From a virus (taxonomy: Duplodnaviria; Caudoviricetes): a DNA stretch of 60,922 nucleotides. Of this stretch, positions 18,127 to 28,023 are shown piece by piece. The position numbers and the translations under genes are program-made. Where the stretch lies: IMG/VR virus record IMGVR_UViG_3300025141_015004, positions 1-60,922 of that record; one strand, written 5' to 3'. Each line of letters starts with the position of its first letter. Within the stretch, counting starts at the first letter, position 1. Under the pieces are notes generated by a model, which saw only the letters and a list, made by a program, of their open reading frames with translations, was not told the DNA's origin and made no database searches.

Positions 18127-18136
18127 ATAAATAGTT
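18127..18136 (-). promoter_or_regulatory. Putative late promoter AACTATTTAT
   Basis: Minus-strand copy upstream of phoH; variant ACTAGTTAT at 18164-18172 faces the protease gene. Confidence 0.5.
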
Positions 18137-18234
18137 CATCAGCATGAAACACGCAATTCCATCACTAGTTATTAATAAGGCGGGGCTTTTTATCTAAAGG
18201 AGGTAAACTGGTTAAAAATTAGGAGATTTTTAAA

Positions 18235-19077
18235 ATGAGAAAGATCACACTCTTCACACTGTTCCTTCTGTCATCGGGTTTTATTTTGACAACCATTGGC
18301 GGATGTATTTCTACGGCACGTAGTGTCGTTAATGTCAAAAAAGTATTTCCACGCAAATCTTTTGTGTTCATGAAGAAAAAAACAACATTTTTTCAATGTG
18401 CCAAAAATCAGTGCAAAATAGTTTATCGAGGTAAAATGACTGGTAGTGCCTCTGTCATCCATCATGAGAAGAATAGAACATATCTTATGACCGCTGCTCA
18501 TATGATTTGGATGCTTCCTATTCACCCTGTTCGAAAGTTACTTTTGGAGGTAAAAGGTAAACTGAAGCATGTTTCAACCTATACTTTCACTGACTTCTAT
18601 GGAAAAAAATACGGATTAAAAGAAGTCATTAAGTCAGATAAGAAAACTGATTTGGCTATTGTTTCTATTAAGAGAACCGCAATACCTGCAATACCATTAT
18701 CCCATCAAGCTCCCAAGGTAAAGGAAAGATTATTCAATGTCGCAGCCCCTGCTGGTATATTTGAGAAAGGTCTTGTTTTATTTTTTGAAGGTCGATTTAT
18801 GGGCTATTCAAATGACAAAAGTTGGACCGGGCAAGCTCCTAGGATTGCTTTGACAAACATTCCAGTTGTTGGAGGATCTTCTGGATCTCCTATTTTAAAT
18901 ATGAATGGAGAAATAGTTGGAATGGTTTCTGCTGCTCATAGAAGATTTCATCATATTTCACTTTCTCCAACTCATAAACAGGTATATGATTTCTTTCATA
19001 AATACCTTAAAAAACATGGGTTTGGATTCTGTGCCTTGCCTATTGATAAAAATCATACTAGAGTAAGACAAGACTGA
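18235..19077 (+). CDS. Exported trypsin-like serine protease
   Basis: Signal peptide/lipobox-like IGGC; catalytic TAAH, DLAI, GGSSGSP. Confidence 0.9.
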   Translation: MRKITLFTLFLLSSGFILTTIGGCISTARSVVNVKKVFPRKSFVFMKKKTTFFQCAKNQCKIVYRGKMTGSASVIHHEKNRTYLMTAAHMIWMLPIHPVRKLLLEVKGKLKHVSTYTFTDFYGKKYGLKEVIKSDKKTDLAIVSIKRTAIPAIPLSHQAPKVKERLFNVAAPAGIFEKGLVLFFEGRFMGYSNDKSWTGQAPRIALTNIPVVGGSSGSPILNMNGEIVGMVSAAHRRFHHISLSPTHKQVYDFFHKYLKKHGFGFCALPIDKNHTRVRQD

Positions 19078-19290
19078 TTATTTCTTTTTCTTCTTGTTTA
19101 ATTCTTTTTCTTGAACTTCGGGCCTAGTTCTTACCTTCACAACAAAACCTTTGGCTTGTTTAGAGATTTTAACATCTAAGCGAGCCATAACATCTTCATT
19201 TAAGTATTCCTTTCTCTTATCCCAAGCTTCTTGGAAAGTCTTATATACAGCTACGTTATTCCAAAAATATATTTTCTTTTCTTTACTCAT
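19078..19290 (-). CDS. Small basic hypothetical protein
   Basis: AAGGA RBS; consensus promoter upstream. Confidence 0.7.
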   Translation of the reverse strand: MSKEKKIYFWNNVAVYKTFQEAWDKRKEYLNEDVMARLDVKISKQAKGFVVKVRTRPEVQEKELNKKKKK

Positions 19291-19343
19291 GACTTAATCC
19301 TTAATAAAAATTAATAAATATAATATCTTTTATAATAAGAAAT

Positions 19344-19372
19344 ATTATATCATATATCCTTTTCTTTGTCAA
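19344..19372 (-). promoter_or_regulatory. Sigma70 consensus promoter with extended -10
   Basis: Minus strand TTGACA-N17-TATAAT with TG, overlapping the end of the upstream gene. Confidence 0.85.
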
Positions 19373-19736
19373 GTATTTCTTTTCTTATTTTTTCTTTAAT
19401 TTTAAACTTGTTTAATCTCTTATCAAATGTTTTTATATCCAGCCCCAATAATCTTGAAGCTTCGACCTTTGATCTGGTGCTGGATAAGGCAAAATTATAT
19501 ATTGCTTCTTTAACTAAGTTATCTACAGATCTTAAAATCTGAAGTCCATACAAATATCCTCCCGCAGCTTTAACTGCTAACTCCAATTTAATCGTTATCA
19601 AATCTTCCAGAGAAACATTATCCATTTTTGATAAAAAGTTTTTATCAATTTTTCCTTTACTTTTTAAGCTTTTTATGATAGAATATTCTTTGTTCAAACC
19701 AAAGTTCTTATTCTTGTTGTTCCAACTCATTAACAC
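19350..19736 (-). CDS. Fis-like helix-turn-helix protein
   Basis: C-terminal FALSSTRSKVEASRLLGLDIKTFDKRLNKFKI. Confidence 0.65.
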   Translation of the reverse strand: MLMSWNNKNKNFGLNKEYSIIKSLKSKGKIDKNFLSKMDNVSLEDLITIKLELAVKAAGGYLYGLQILRSVDNLVKEAIYNFALSSTRSKVEASRLLGLDIKTFDKRLNKFKIKEKIRKEILDKEKDI

Positions 19737-19821
19737 CTTCTTTCTATTTTTTATTATACTACATCTTAATATTATTTTTAATTTATATTATAATACTCCA
19801 TAGGATATAGGAGGAGAAAAT

Positions 19822-21123
19822 ATGAAAGAAGAAAATGAAGATAAAAAAATTAAAGTATTGACGATTTCGGATCACCCGTTTAGTCCATCCGGTGTTGGGA
19901 CTCAAACAAGATACGTAATCGAATCCCTGCTGAGGACCGGAAAATTTGAAGTTGTCTCTTTTGCCGGCGCAATGAGGCATGACAATTATCAGCCACAAAA
20001 AACAGAAGAATGGGGCGATGATTTAGTAATCTTCCCAGTTGATGGATATGGCGACCAAGAATCACTCAGATCAATCATAAGAAATCAAAAACCTGATATT
20101 CTTTGGTTTATGACAGATCCAAGATTTTATTCATGGTTATGGGAGATTGAGAACGAGATTAGGCCTCTTATGCCTATGGTTTATTATCATGTTTGGGACA
20201 ACTATCCATATCCTACATTTAATGGAAAATATTATAATTCAAATGATTTTATTGGTACGATTTCAAAAGTTACGGATGATATCATAAAAACTGTTTCACC
20301 TGATGTTGAATCAGCGTATATACCACATTCTGTGGATCCGACTTGGTTTAAAAAATTGGATGACGAAAGAATTAACAAATCAAAGAAAAAGATCTTCCAA
20401 GATAACATGCTGGATGATGACGGAAATGAAAAAATGGTATTCTTTTGGAATAATAGAAATGCAAGAAGAAAACAGTCCGGATGTTTGGTGTGGTGGTTTA
20501 AAGAGTTTTTAGATAAAATTGGTCACGACAAAGCAGTTTTGATGATGCACACAGAGCCGAAAGATGATCATGGACAAGATTTGGAAGCGATTGTGGAAGA
20601 ATTGGACCTTAATAATGGAGAAATAGTTTTTTCAACAACAAAATTGCAACCTGAACATTTAGCAGAAATTTATAATGTAGCAGACTGTACGGTCAATATC
20701 GCTGATGCTGAAGGCTTTGGGCTTGCGACCATGGAATCTCTTGCTTGTGGAACTCCAATCCTAGTCAACATGACAGGAGGCCTCAAAGAACAGGTCACAA
20801 ACGGAGAAGAGTGGTTTGGGATTGGAGTTCAGCCTTGCTCTAGGTCGATTATCGGATCACAAGTAGTGCCATATATTTATGAGGATCGTGTTCATAAAGA
20901 AGATTTTTTAGAAGCAATCGAGAAAATGTATGATGCTTGGAAAAATAATACAGAAGAGTATAAACAATGGTCGGAAAGAGGTCTTGAACATGTTGAGAAA
21001 AATTACAATTTCGAAAAATATTGTGAGAAATGGGTTGAGGTTATGAAAAATATTCATGAAAAACATGGCTCTTGGGACACTCGTAAGGGCTATAAATCAT
21101 GGGAATTGCGAGAGGTCATTTAA
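19822..21123 (+). CDS. Glycosyltransferase, GT4 (GT-B)
   Basis: EGFGLATMESLACGTP; RNARRK. Confidence 0.9.
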   Translation: MKEENEDKKIKVLTISDHPFSPSGVGTQTRYVIESLLRTGKFEVVSFAGAMRHDNYQPQKTEEWGDDLVIFPVDGYGDQESLRSIIRNQKPDILWFMTDPRFYSWLWEIENEIRPLMPMVYYHVWDNYPYPTFNGKYYNSNDFIGTISKVTDDIIKTVSPDVESAYIPHSVDPTWFKKLDDERINKSKKKIFQDNMLDDDGNEKMVFFWNNRNARRKQSGCLVWWFKEFLDKIGHDKAVLMMHTEPKDDHGQDLEAIVEELDLNNGEIVFSTTKLQPEHLAEIYNVADCTVNIADAEGFGLATMESLACGTPILVNMTGGLKEQVTNGEEWFGIGVQPCSRSIIGSQVVPYIYEDRVHKEDFLEAIEKMYDAWKNNTEEYKQWSERGLEHVEKNYNFEKYCEKWVEVMKNIHEKHGSWDTRKGYKSWELREVI

Positions 21124-22407
21124 ATGAAAAAGAAAATTATTATTAAAGGCCCTTTTCTCTCTCGATCCGGATATGGAGAACAAGCTAGATTTGCTCTTCG
21201 TTCTCTCCGCACAAAAGAGGATCTATTTGACATTTTTTTGATTAATATTCGATGGGGCACCACCGGCTGGCTTTGGGAAGACAACGAAGAAAGAAAATGG
21301 ATTGATGAACAAATTAAAAAAACAGTTCATTATATCGAGGAACATAAAAAACACAATGTCCAACCTCAATTTGATATGTCCCTACAGGTTACGATCCCAC
21401 AGGAGTGGGAACAAATGGCACCAATTAATATTGGATATACAGCGGGAACCGAATCAACAAAGATGTCGCCACAATGGATCGAAAAGTCTAAAATGATGGA
21501 CAAAATTCTTGTTACATCAGTTCATACAAAATATGCTTTTGAGAATACATCTTATAAGGCACAGAACCCTCAAACTGGAGAAATTCTTGATTTTGAAAAT
21601 GATACACCTTTGGAAGTTGTTTCATACCCAGTTCGCCAATTCGAGCCTTGCGGGAATTTTAAATTGGACTTAAGGCATGATTTTAATTTTCTTTGTAATG
21701 CTCAATGGTCGCCAAGAAAAAACGTTGAAAATACGATTAAGTGGTGGATAGAAGAATTTTGGGATCAAGAAGTTGGTTTAGTTGTAAAAGGTAATGTATC
21801 TAACAATTCTTATATGGATAGGCTTGCCACAGAAAAACGTTTACAGTCGATTCTAAAAGATTATAAAGATAGAAAATGTTCTGTATATTTGCTCCATGGA
21901 GATTTATCCGAGAGCGAGCTTGCGTCACTTTACCAGCACGACAAAATTAAGTGCTTTATTAACCTAGCACATGGTGAAGGTTTTGGTCTTCCGGTTTTCG
22001 AAGCAGCTTATTATGGCATGCCCGTGATTGCTCCTAATTGGGGCGGAGTCGTTGATTTTCTTTATGCTCCCAAAAAGGACAAAAAAGGAAAAATAAAAAA
22101 CAAACGCTATTTTACAAAAGTTGATTATGATATAAAACAAATTCAACAAGAAGCAATTTGGGAACCTATCTTAATTAAAGATTCAATGTGGTGCTTTCCG
22201 AAGCAGGGTAGCTACAAGATGGGATTAAGAAAGGTTTTTAAACAATATGATCTAGTGTCGAAAGAAGCAAAAAAGCTTCAAAAGTGGCTTTGTAAAGAAT
22301 TCTCAGAAGAGAAAAAATATATGGAGTTTGTTGAAAATATTATTTCTAAAGAAGAGTTAGAATTAGCAAATGAGATCGAAGAAATGTTTAAAGATTTAAA
22401 TGAATGA
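21124..22407 (+). CDS. Glycosyltransferase, GT4 (GT-B)
   Basis: SGYG, RKN, GEGFGLPVFEA. Confidence 0.9.
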   Translation: MKKKIIIKGPFLSRSGYGEQARFALRSLRTKEDLFDIFLINIRWGTTGWLWEDNEERKWIDEQIKKTVHYIEEHKKHNVQPQFDMSLQVTIPQEWEQMAPINIGYTAGTESTKMSPQWIEKSKMMDKILVTSVHTKYAFENTSYKAQNPQTGEILDFENDTPLEVVSYPVRQFEPCGNFKLDLRHDFNFLCNAQWSPRKNVENTIKWWIEEFWDQEVGLVVKGNVSNNSYMDRLATEKRLQSILKDYKDRKCSVYLLHGDLSESELASLYQHDKIKCFINLAHGEGFGLPVFEAAYYGMPVIAPNWGGVVDFLYAPKKDKKGKIKNKRYFTKVDYDIKQIQQEAIWEPILIKDSMWCFPKQGSYKMGLRKVFKQYDLVSKEAKKLQKWLCKEFSEEKKYMEFVENIISKEELELANEIEEMFKDLNE

Positions 22408-23267
22408 TGGAAGAATATATCTTAATATCGGATATGTTTTTGGGAGACTATACCGGAGGCGCTGAATTAACTACAGACGCTATTATTGAAACCAGAAGGG
22501 ACCAAATATCTAAAATAAGATCTCGTGAGATAACATCTGACTTCATTAATGAAAATTGTGAAAAAACATGGATTATTGCTAATTGTATGGATATATCTTT
22601 TTTGTTAAAAATGAAGATCATAAAAAAAGTAGCTAAATATTATTTCATAGAATATGATTACAAATATTGTAAATTCAGGAATCCTATTTTTCACAAATTT
22701 GTAAACGAAGATTGTGCTTGTGAAAAAGAGAGTGTCGGGAAGATAAATTTATTATTAATTGCAAAATCATGTGGTGTTTTTTTTATGTCCGAGGGTCAAA
22801 GGAAATTATATTTAGAGAAATTTCCAATTTTAGAAAAGACAAAAACATATGTATTAAGTTCTGTTTTCTCTAAAGAAATTCTCGAATTTTTTAAAGATTA
22901 CAGTATTCCGAAAAAAAATAATAAGTGGGCGATTCTTGGATCCAATATGCCCGTTAAAGCAACTAGGAAAACTGTTAGTTATGCTAAATTAAAGAAATAT
23001 CAATATGAAGTTCTTGGCAACCTGCCTTATAAAAAGTTTATTAAAAAAATATCTCTTTTTAAAGGATTGATCTTTCGTCCCGGTGCGCTTGATACTTGTC
23101 CTAGAATTGTCATAGAAGCTAAATTATTAGGTTGCAAATTAATTTTAAATGAAAATGTACAACATAAAGACGAAGATTGGTTTAAGCAAGAAAAAGGAGA
23201 TATAATTAAGTACCTTGAAGGTCGTTCAGCTTTTTTTTGGGATATAATTGAAGAAAAGAAAATTTAA
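22404..23267 (+). CDS. Divergent GT-B glycosyltransferase
   Basis: GGAE; DTCPRIVIEAKLLGC (Ex7E-like). Confidence 0.7.
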   Translation: MMEEYILISDMFLGDYTGGAELTTDAIIETRRDQISKIRSREITSDFINENCEKTWIIANCMDISFLLKMKIIKKVAKYYFIEYDYKYCKFRNPIFHKFVNEDCACEKESVGKINLLLIAKSCGVFFMSEGQRKLYLEKFPILEKTKTYVLSSVFSKEILEFFKDYSIPKKNNKWAILGSNMPVKATRKTVSYAKLKKYQYEVLGNLPYKKFIKKISLFKGLIFRPGALDTCPRIVIEAKLLGCKLILNENVQHKDEDWFKQEKGDIIKYLEGRSAFFWDIIEEKKI

Positions 23268-24190
23268 TGAGACGAAGCGTATTAATAACCGGAGGAGAGG
23301 GATTCCTAGGATCTAATTTAATAGAGTACCTAATATTGAACACGAATTATAGAATTTTTTCTATTTCTAAAAATAAAATATGTAATGATTATCCTAGTGA
23401 AAGGTTTATCTCCATACAACACAACTTGCTGGATCCTTTTAAAGAAAATTTAAAAACAAAGTTAAAAAAAATAGATTATATTATTCACCTTGCCGGAAGC
23501 TCTGATGTGAAAAAGAGCATGCTGTTTCCTTTAGAGTCCTTTGAAAATAATGTAATTACAACAATCAATTTGCTAGAATTTGCAAGATTAAACATAATTG
23601 ATTTAAAACAATTTTTATTCTTTAGTACGGCAGAAGTTTTCGGCCCTTCCGAGAACAATAAAAAATTTAAAGAAGAAGATAAGTATAATCCCCACAGTCC
23701 ATATGCAGCATCAAAGGCTGCAGCCCAAGAAATGTGTCTTATTTATTTTAAAACTTTTGGATTACCTGCTATAATAACAAATGTTATGAACATTTACGGT
23801 AAACACCAGATAAAAAATAAATTTATTCCTAAAATGATAGAGATGATTTCAAGTGGAAAAAAAGTTTTTTTACACGCTAGCGATGGCCCGGATAGAAGGA
23901 ATTACCTCCACGTAAAGGATATTTGCAATTCTATTACATTTTTAATGAAAAAAGGCTCTCCCGGGGAAAAATATAATATCGTATCTGATATTGATACAAA
24001 CAATCTTGAGATTGTGAGAATTATTTCCGAGATCCTTAATAAAGAGTTAAATTATGAATTAATATCTCCCACAAAAAAACACGGACATCATACGCTTTCA
24101 TTACTGGACGGAAACAAACTCCGGAACTTGGGATGGAGTCCTAAAATATCTTTAAAGTTTGGATTGAGGAGCTTTATAAACAATGAATAA
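23267..24190 (+). CDS. NAD-dependent epimerase/dehydratase (RmlB-like SDR)
   Basis: TGGEGFLG; STAEVFG; PYAASK. Confidence 0.9.
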   Translation: MRRSVLITGGEGFLGSNLIEYLILNTNYRIFSISKNKICNDYPSERFISIQHNLLDPFKENLKTKLKKIDYIIHLAGSSDVKKSMLFPLESFENNVITTINLLEFARLNIIDLKQFLFFSTAEVFGPSENNKKFKEEDKYNPHSPYAASKAAAQEMCLIYFKTFGLPAIITNVMNIYGKHQIKNKFIPKMIEMISSGKKVFLHASDGPDRRNYLHVKDICNSITFLMKKGSPGEKYNIVSDIDTNNLEIVRIISEILNKELNYELISPTKKHGHHTLSLLDGNKLRNLGWSPKISLKFGLRSFINNE

Positions 24191-24926
24191 TCACTTTAAA
24201 ATAATAACGCCATCATATAATAATGAAAAATGGATCCGGGCTTGTATAAACAGCGCCAAAAGGCAAAAATATACAAATTATCAATGTATTATTATTGATG
24301 ATTGTTCAGAGGATAATGGCTCAGAAATAATAAAAAAGGAAATAGCGGGAGATTCCAGATTTGTTTTTATTCAAAATACCGAGAAAAAGCTAGCTTTAAG
24401 GAATATTTATGAAGCAATTGAGTTTTCAAACCCAAGTGAAGAAGATGTTATCATCACATTAGATGGGGATGATTTTCTCTATAAAAACGATGCTTTGGAA
24501 AAAGTGAACCAAGTGTATAATGAGACCGGATGCTGGATAACATATGGCAGTTATGCTGAATTTCCATCCAATAAGAGGGGAAAATTTTCTAGACAAATCC
24601 CGGATGAAATTATAGAAAACAATTCTTTTCGAGAGTCAGAGTGGATGAGTTCTCACATGAGAACCTTTAAACATAAATTATGGAAAAAGATTAAGAAAGA
24701 AGATCTTCTCGAAGAAGATGGTCGCTTTTGCGACGGCGCATGGGATATGGTTTTTATGTTTCCGATGCTAGAAATGTCGGGATTCAAGAGTTCCTATATA
24801 GAAGATATCTTGTACATTTATAATAGGACAAACCCACTAAATGAAGATAAAGTTAATTATAAAAAATTAATGGCCTCCGAAATGAAAATAAGAGGCATGA
24901 AAAAGTATGAAAGGATCGAATTATGA
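24183..24926 (+). CDS. Glycosyltransferase, GT2
   Basis: IITPSYN, IIDDCSED, LDGDD. Confidence 0.9.
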   Translation: MNNHFKIITPSYNNEKWIRACINSAKRQKYTNYQCIIIDDCSEDNGSEIIKKEIAGDSRFVFIQNTEKKLALRNIYEAIEFSNPSEEDVIITLDGDDFLYKNDALEKVNQVYNETGCWITYGSYAEFPSNKRGKFSRQIPDEIIENNSFRESEWMSSHMRTFKHKLWKKIKKEDLLEEDGRFCDGAWDMVFMFPMLEMSGFKSSYIEDILYIYNRTNPLNEDKVNYKKLMASEMKIRGMKKYERIEL

Positions 24927-25696
24927 TTTTTACATATTTTCAAGGTGGCCTAGGAAATCAAATGTTTCAAATCTCCGCAGCAAAATCGATAGCAATTGAT
25001 AATAACACGGAGGCTATTTTTAATTTAGATCATCATGATTTACCCAAGCAGGGAAGGAAATGTGAAAATTATTTGGATTCTATTTTTCGCAATATAGAGT
25101 TTTCAAAAGATTATAAGATAATTCGCGTATATCGCGAGCCCTCCTATTCCTATCAAAAGATACCATATATTCCCGGCGCTTGTTTGGTGGGTTATTTTCA
25201 ATCTGAGAAATATTTTATTCACAACAAACAATCAATTAAGGATTTGTTTTCAATAGATGAAAAAAGTGAAAAAATAATAAACGATAAATATTCTGAAATT
25301 TTAAGCAAAAATCCCGTCTCTGTACATGTGAGAAGAGGTGATTATCTCGAGGATAAAGATTATCACCCAGTATGTTCGAGGGAATATTATGACAAGGCGT
25401 TTAGCATGTTTTCAGAGAACACATCTTATCTATTGTTTAGTGATGACATTGGGTGGTGCAAGGAAAATTTCATCGGAGAAAACTTCTATTTTGCTGAAGA
25501 TAACGAGGATTATATAGATTTATTTTTAATGTCTATGTGTTCCCATAATATAATCGCTAATAGTAGCTTTAGTTGGTGGGCGGCATGGTTAAATAATAAC
25601 GAAGATAAGAAAATTATTGCACCAAAGAAATGGTTTGGAAAGTCGTCTAGTAATAATACAAAAGATTTGGTACCGGAAGAATGGGAAAGAATTTGA
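24923..25696 (+). CDS. Alpha-1,2-fucosyltransferase, GT11
   Basis: GGLGNQMFQ, GYFQSEKYF, HVRRGDY, NSSFSWWAAWL. Confidence 0.95.
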   Translation: MIFTYFQGGLGNQMFQISAAKSIAIDNNTEAIFNLDHHDLPKQGRKCENYLDSIFRNIEFSKDYKIIRVYREPSYSYQKIPYIPGACLVGYFQSEKYFIHNKQSIKDLFSIDEKSEKIINDKYSEILSKNPVSVHVRRGDYLEDKDYHPVCSREYYDKAFSMFSENTSYLLFSDDIGWCKENFIGENFYFAEDNEDYIDLFLMSMCSHNIIANSSFSWWAAWLNNNEDKKIIAPKKWFGKSSSNNTKDLVPEEWERI

Positions 25697-25800
25697 TATC
25701 TCGAGAAGAAAAGTTACAACAAATTTTAACTTTAGTTGAAGAATTTATAGACTCGAAAGAATTGGTCTGGCGCCCGGGCCAAGACTGGATTTATTTATGA
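25693..25800 (+). pseudogene. 35-codon remnant resembling the N-terminus of RfbH/DdhC (DegT family)
   Basis: TTG start coupled to upstream stop; MISREEKLQQILTLVEEFIDSKELVWRPGQDWIYL then stop; resembles the recalled ILxLVxE..WxPGxDW start. Confidence 0.5.
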
Positions 25801-25810
25801 AGAATATTTG

Positions 25811-26545
25811 ATGATATCAATAGCAATACCGGCATATGAATCAAAAGGCAGAGCAGAAGAGTTTGCTAGATTTCAATTTGAGTCTTTTGTGAAGCAAACT
25901 TATCAAGATTTTGAAGTAGTTATTTCTGATCATAGCCAAGATAATATTATTAAAAATGTTTGCGAAGAATATAGGGATAGACTTAATATTAGGCATATTT
26001 TTAATGATGAAAGAAGAGGTATAAGTTCGTTTAACATTAATAATGCCATCAAATATTGTAGAGGGGAAATTATCAAATTTTTGTGGTTTGATGATTTTTT
26101 GTGGAACGAATATAGTTTGCAGTATACTTACGAAGCTTTTGATTTTGACACAAATTGGCTTGTTAGCGCTTGTGAACACACTAAAGATGATGGAAAAACA
26201 TTTTATCGGACTTTTTATCCGAGATACAATGAAGAAATTTATTTAGGAAATAATACCATTAGTAGCCCTAGTGTCCTTTCTATTAGAAATGGAAAGGACA
26301 GAATATATTTTGATAACCGTTTGATATGGTTGATGGATGTTGATTATTATAAAAAATTATATGACAAATACGGATTACCTAAAATTTTAAATAAAATTAC
26401 TGTCGTCAATAGAGACCACAAGAACCAACTAACCCACACCATGAATACATCGGTAAAAGAACGAGAACTCTACTTGATGAAGGAGAAATATAAAAGTGCT
26501 AAAAAAACAAAAAAACAAAGGAGAAAACAACATGAGCGAAAATAA
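25811..26545 (+). CDS. Glycosyltransferase, GT2
   Basis: ISIAIPAYE, VVISDHS, FDDFL, ISSPSV. Confidence 0.9.
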   Translation: MISIAIPAYESKGRAEEFARFQFESFVKQTYQDFEVVISDHSQDNIIKNVCEEYRDRLNIRHIFNDERRGISSFNINNAIKYCRGEIIKFLWFDDFLWNEYSLQYTYEAFDFDTNWLVSACEHTKDDGKTFYRTFYPRYNEEIYLGNNTISSPSVLSIRNGKDRIYFDNRLIWLMDVDYYKKLYDKYGLPKILNKITVVNRDHKNQLTHTMNTSVKERELYLMKEKYKSAKKTKKQRRKQHERK

Positions 26546-27272
26546 AGAGAACAAAAGCACCGATATGGAGAAAATAATTAAATATATATGCTTCAATAAA
26601 TTGAGTTGTTTATGCGGCGCCGATGAGCACCTAGGTTCATCAATAAATTTACAAAGATTAGTAAAGTGTTTGGAATTAACTAAAGACATTCCGGGAGATT
26701 TTGTTGAAACTGGCGTTTGGAGGGGCGGAGCGAGCATGCTTGCGCAAGCTTTTTTCATGAAAAATAAAATTAATAAGAAAGTCTATGCAGCAGATTCCTT
26801 TGAGGGCCTCCCTCGACCGCAGGTGGAAAAATACCCTGTTGATGCAGGCGATATACATTTTAAATTTCCGTCATTATCGGTTTCCCGGGAAGAAGTTGAA
26901 GAAAATTTTCGACAAATTAACCTACTTAATGAAAATGTAATTTTTGTTGAAGGGTGGTTTGAAGATACTCTCCCTATTTTACGAGAGAGTCTTGATAAGA
27001 TTTCATTGCTTAGGTTAGATGGAGATATGTATGATGCTACATGGAATAGCTTAGTTAATCTTTATGACAAGCTTTCAATTGGTGGCATAATTATAATCGA
27101 CGATTATAGTACGCATTTTCGGTGCAAAAAGGCAGTTCTAGATTTTAGAGAAAAATATGAGATTACAGAAGAAATAAAAGATCCAGAAGAGCCTGATGAT
27201 TATTTTGGTCTTGGCTCGACATCAACTGGGCGCTCTAGTGGAGGTGTTGCTTGGTGGATAAAAGAAAAATAA
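26532..27272 (+). CDS. TylF/MycF/NovP-family sugar O-methyltransferase
   Basis: ETGVWRGG, DSFEGLP, GWFEDTLP, LRLDGDMY, IDDY; ATG 26532 with AGGAG RBS. Confidence 0.92.
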   Translation: MSENKENKSTDMEKIIKYICFNKLSCLCGADEHLGSSINLQRLVKCLELTKDIPGDFVETGVWRGGASMLAQAFFMKNKINKKVYAADSFEGLPRPQVEKYPVDAGDIHFKFPSLSVSREEVEENFRQINLLNENVIFVEGWFEDTLPILRESLDKISLLRLDGDMYDATWNSLVNLYDKLSIGGIIIIDDYSTHFRCKKAVLDFREKYEITEEIKDPEEPDDYFGLGSTSTGRSSGGVAWWIKEK

Positions 27273-27273
27273 C

Positions 27274-28023
27274 ATGAGCAGCATGAATAAGTCTAAAATA
27301 GAAAAACTTAAACTAGACAACATAACATTACTAGCATTAGGCTCTACTCAAATTAATGAAAATTTGATGGCATTAAAATATAGCACTAAAAATATAGATT
27401 TCGGAGCTGTTAAATTTATCTCCCATGAACGTCCTAAAAAGATACCAGACAATATTAAATTTGAAAAGTTTAATGATTTTGAAAATATAAATTTTAAAGA
27501 GTTTAGCTATTATTGTATTTATAAACTTGTAGAACATGTAAATACTGATTTTATGTTGATGGTCCAACCTGACGGATTTGTTATCAATCCGGAATCTTGG
27601 ACTGATGAATTTTTAGAATGGGATTATTTGGGCGCCCCATGGCCAAATCAAAAAGATTCTTTTATTGATCCGTTTGGTAACCAGCAAAGAGTTGGCAATG
27701 GCGGGTTTACCTTGAGAAGCAGAAAAGTTTTAGAAGTTCCTTTAATTGAAGATATACCTTTCGAAGTTAATCAAGGAACATTCTATAAACATATGAATGC
27801 CGGATGCTATAATGAAGACGGCAATATCTGTGTACATAATCGTCATCTTTTTGAGAAACATGGAGTAAAGTTCGCTCCGGTGGAATTAGCAGCGAAATTT
27901 TCTCATGAAATTCCAGTTCCTGAAACTAAGGGAATAATAAAGCCCTTTGGTTTTCATAGATACTTCCCGGGAACCTATCCACGAAGATTTGATTTTAAGA
28001 CATATGTAAAGGAGCCAGAGTGA
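27274..28023 (+). CDS. DUF5672-like glycosyltransferase-fold protein
   Basis: QPDG, WDYLGAPW, VGNGGFTLRS, NED, FGFH. Confidence 0.8.
   Translation: MSSMNKSKIEKLKLDNITLLALGSTQINENLMALKYSTKNIDFGAVKFISHERPKKIPDNIKFEKFNDFENINFKEFSYYCIYKLVEHVNTDFMLMVQPDGFVINPESWTDEFLEWDYLGAPWPNQKDSFIDPFGNQQRVGNGGFTLRSRKVLEVPLIEDIPFEVNQGTFYKHMNAGCYNEDGNICVHNRHLFEKHGVKFAPVELAAKFSHEIPVPETKGIIKPFGFHRYFPGTYPRRFDFKTYVKEPE

Noticed and set aside
18122-18129. Plus-strand TATAAATA as a canonical T4 late promoter for the protease
   Set aside because: Better explained as part of the minus-strand AACTATTTAT copy facing phoH; cannot be fully excluded
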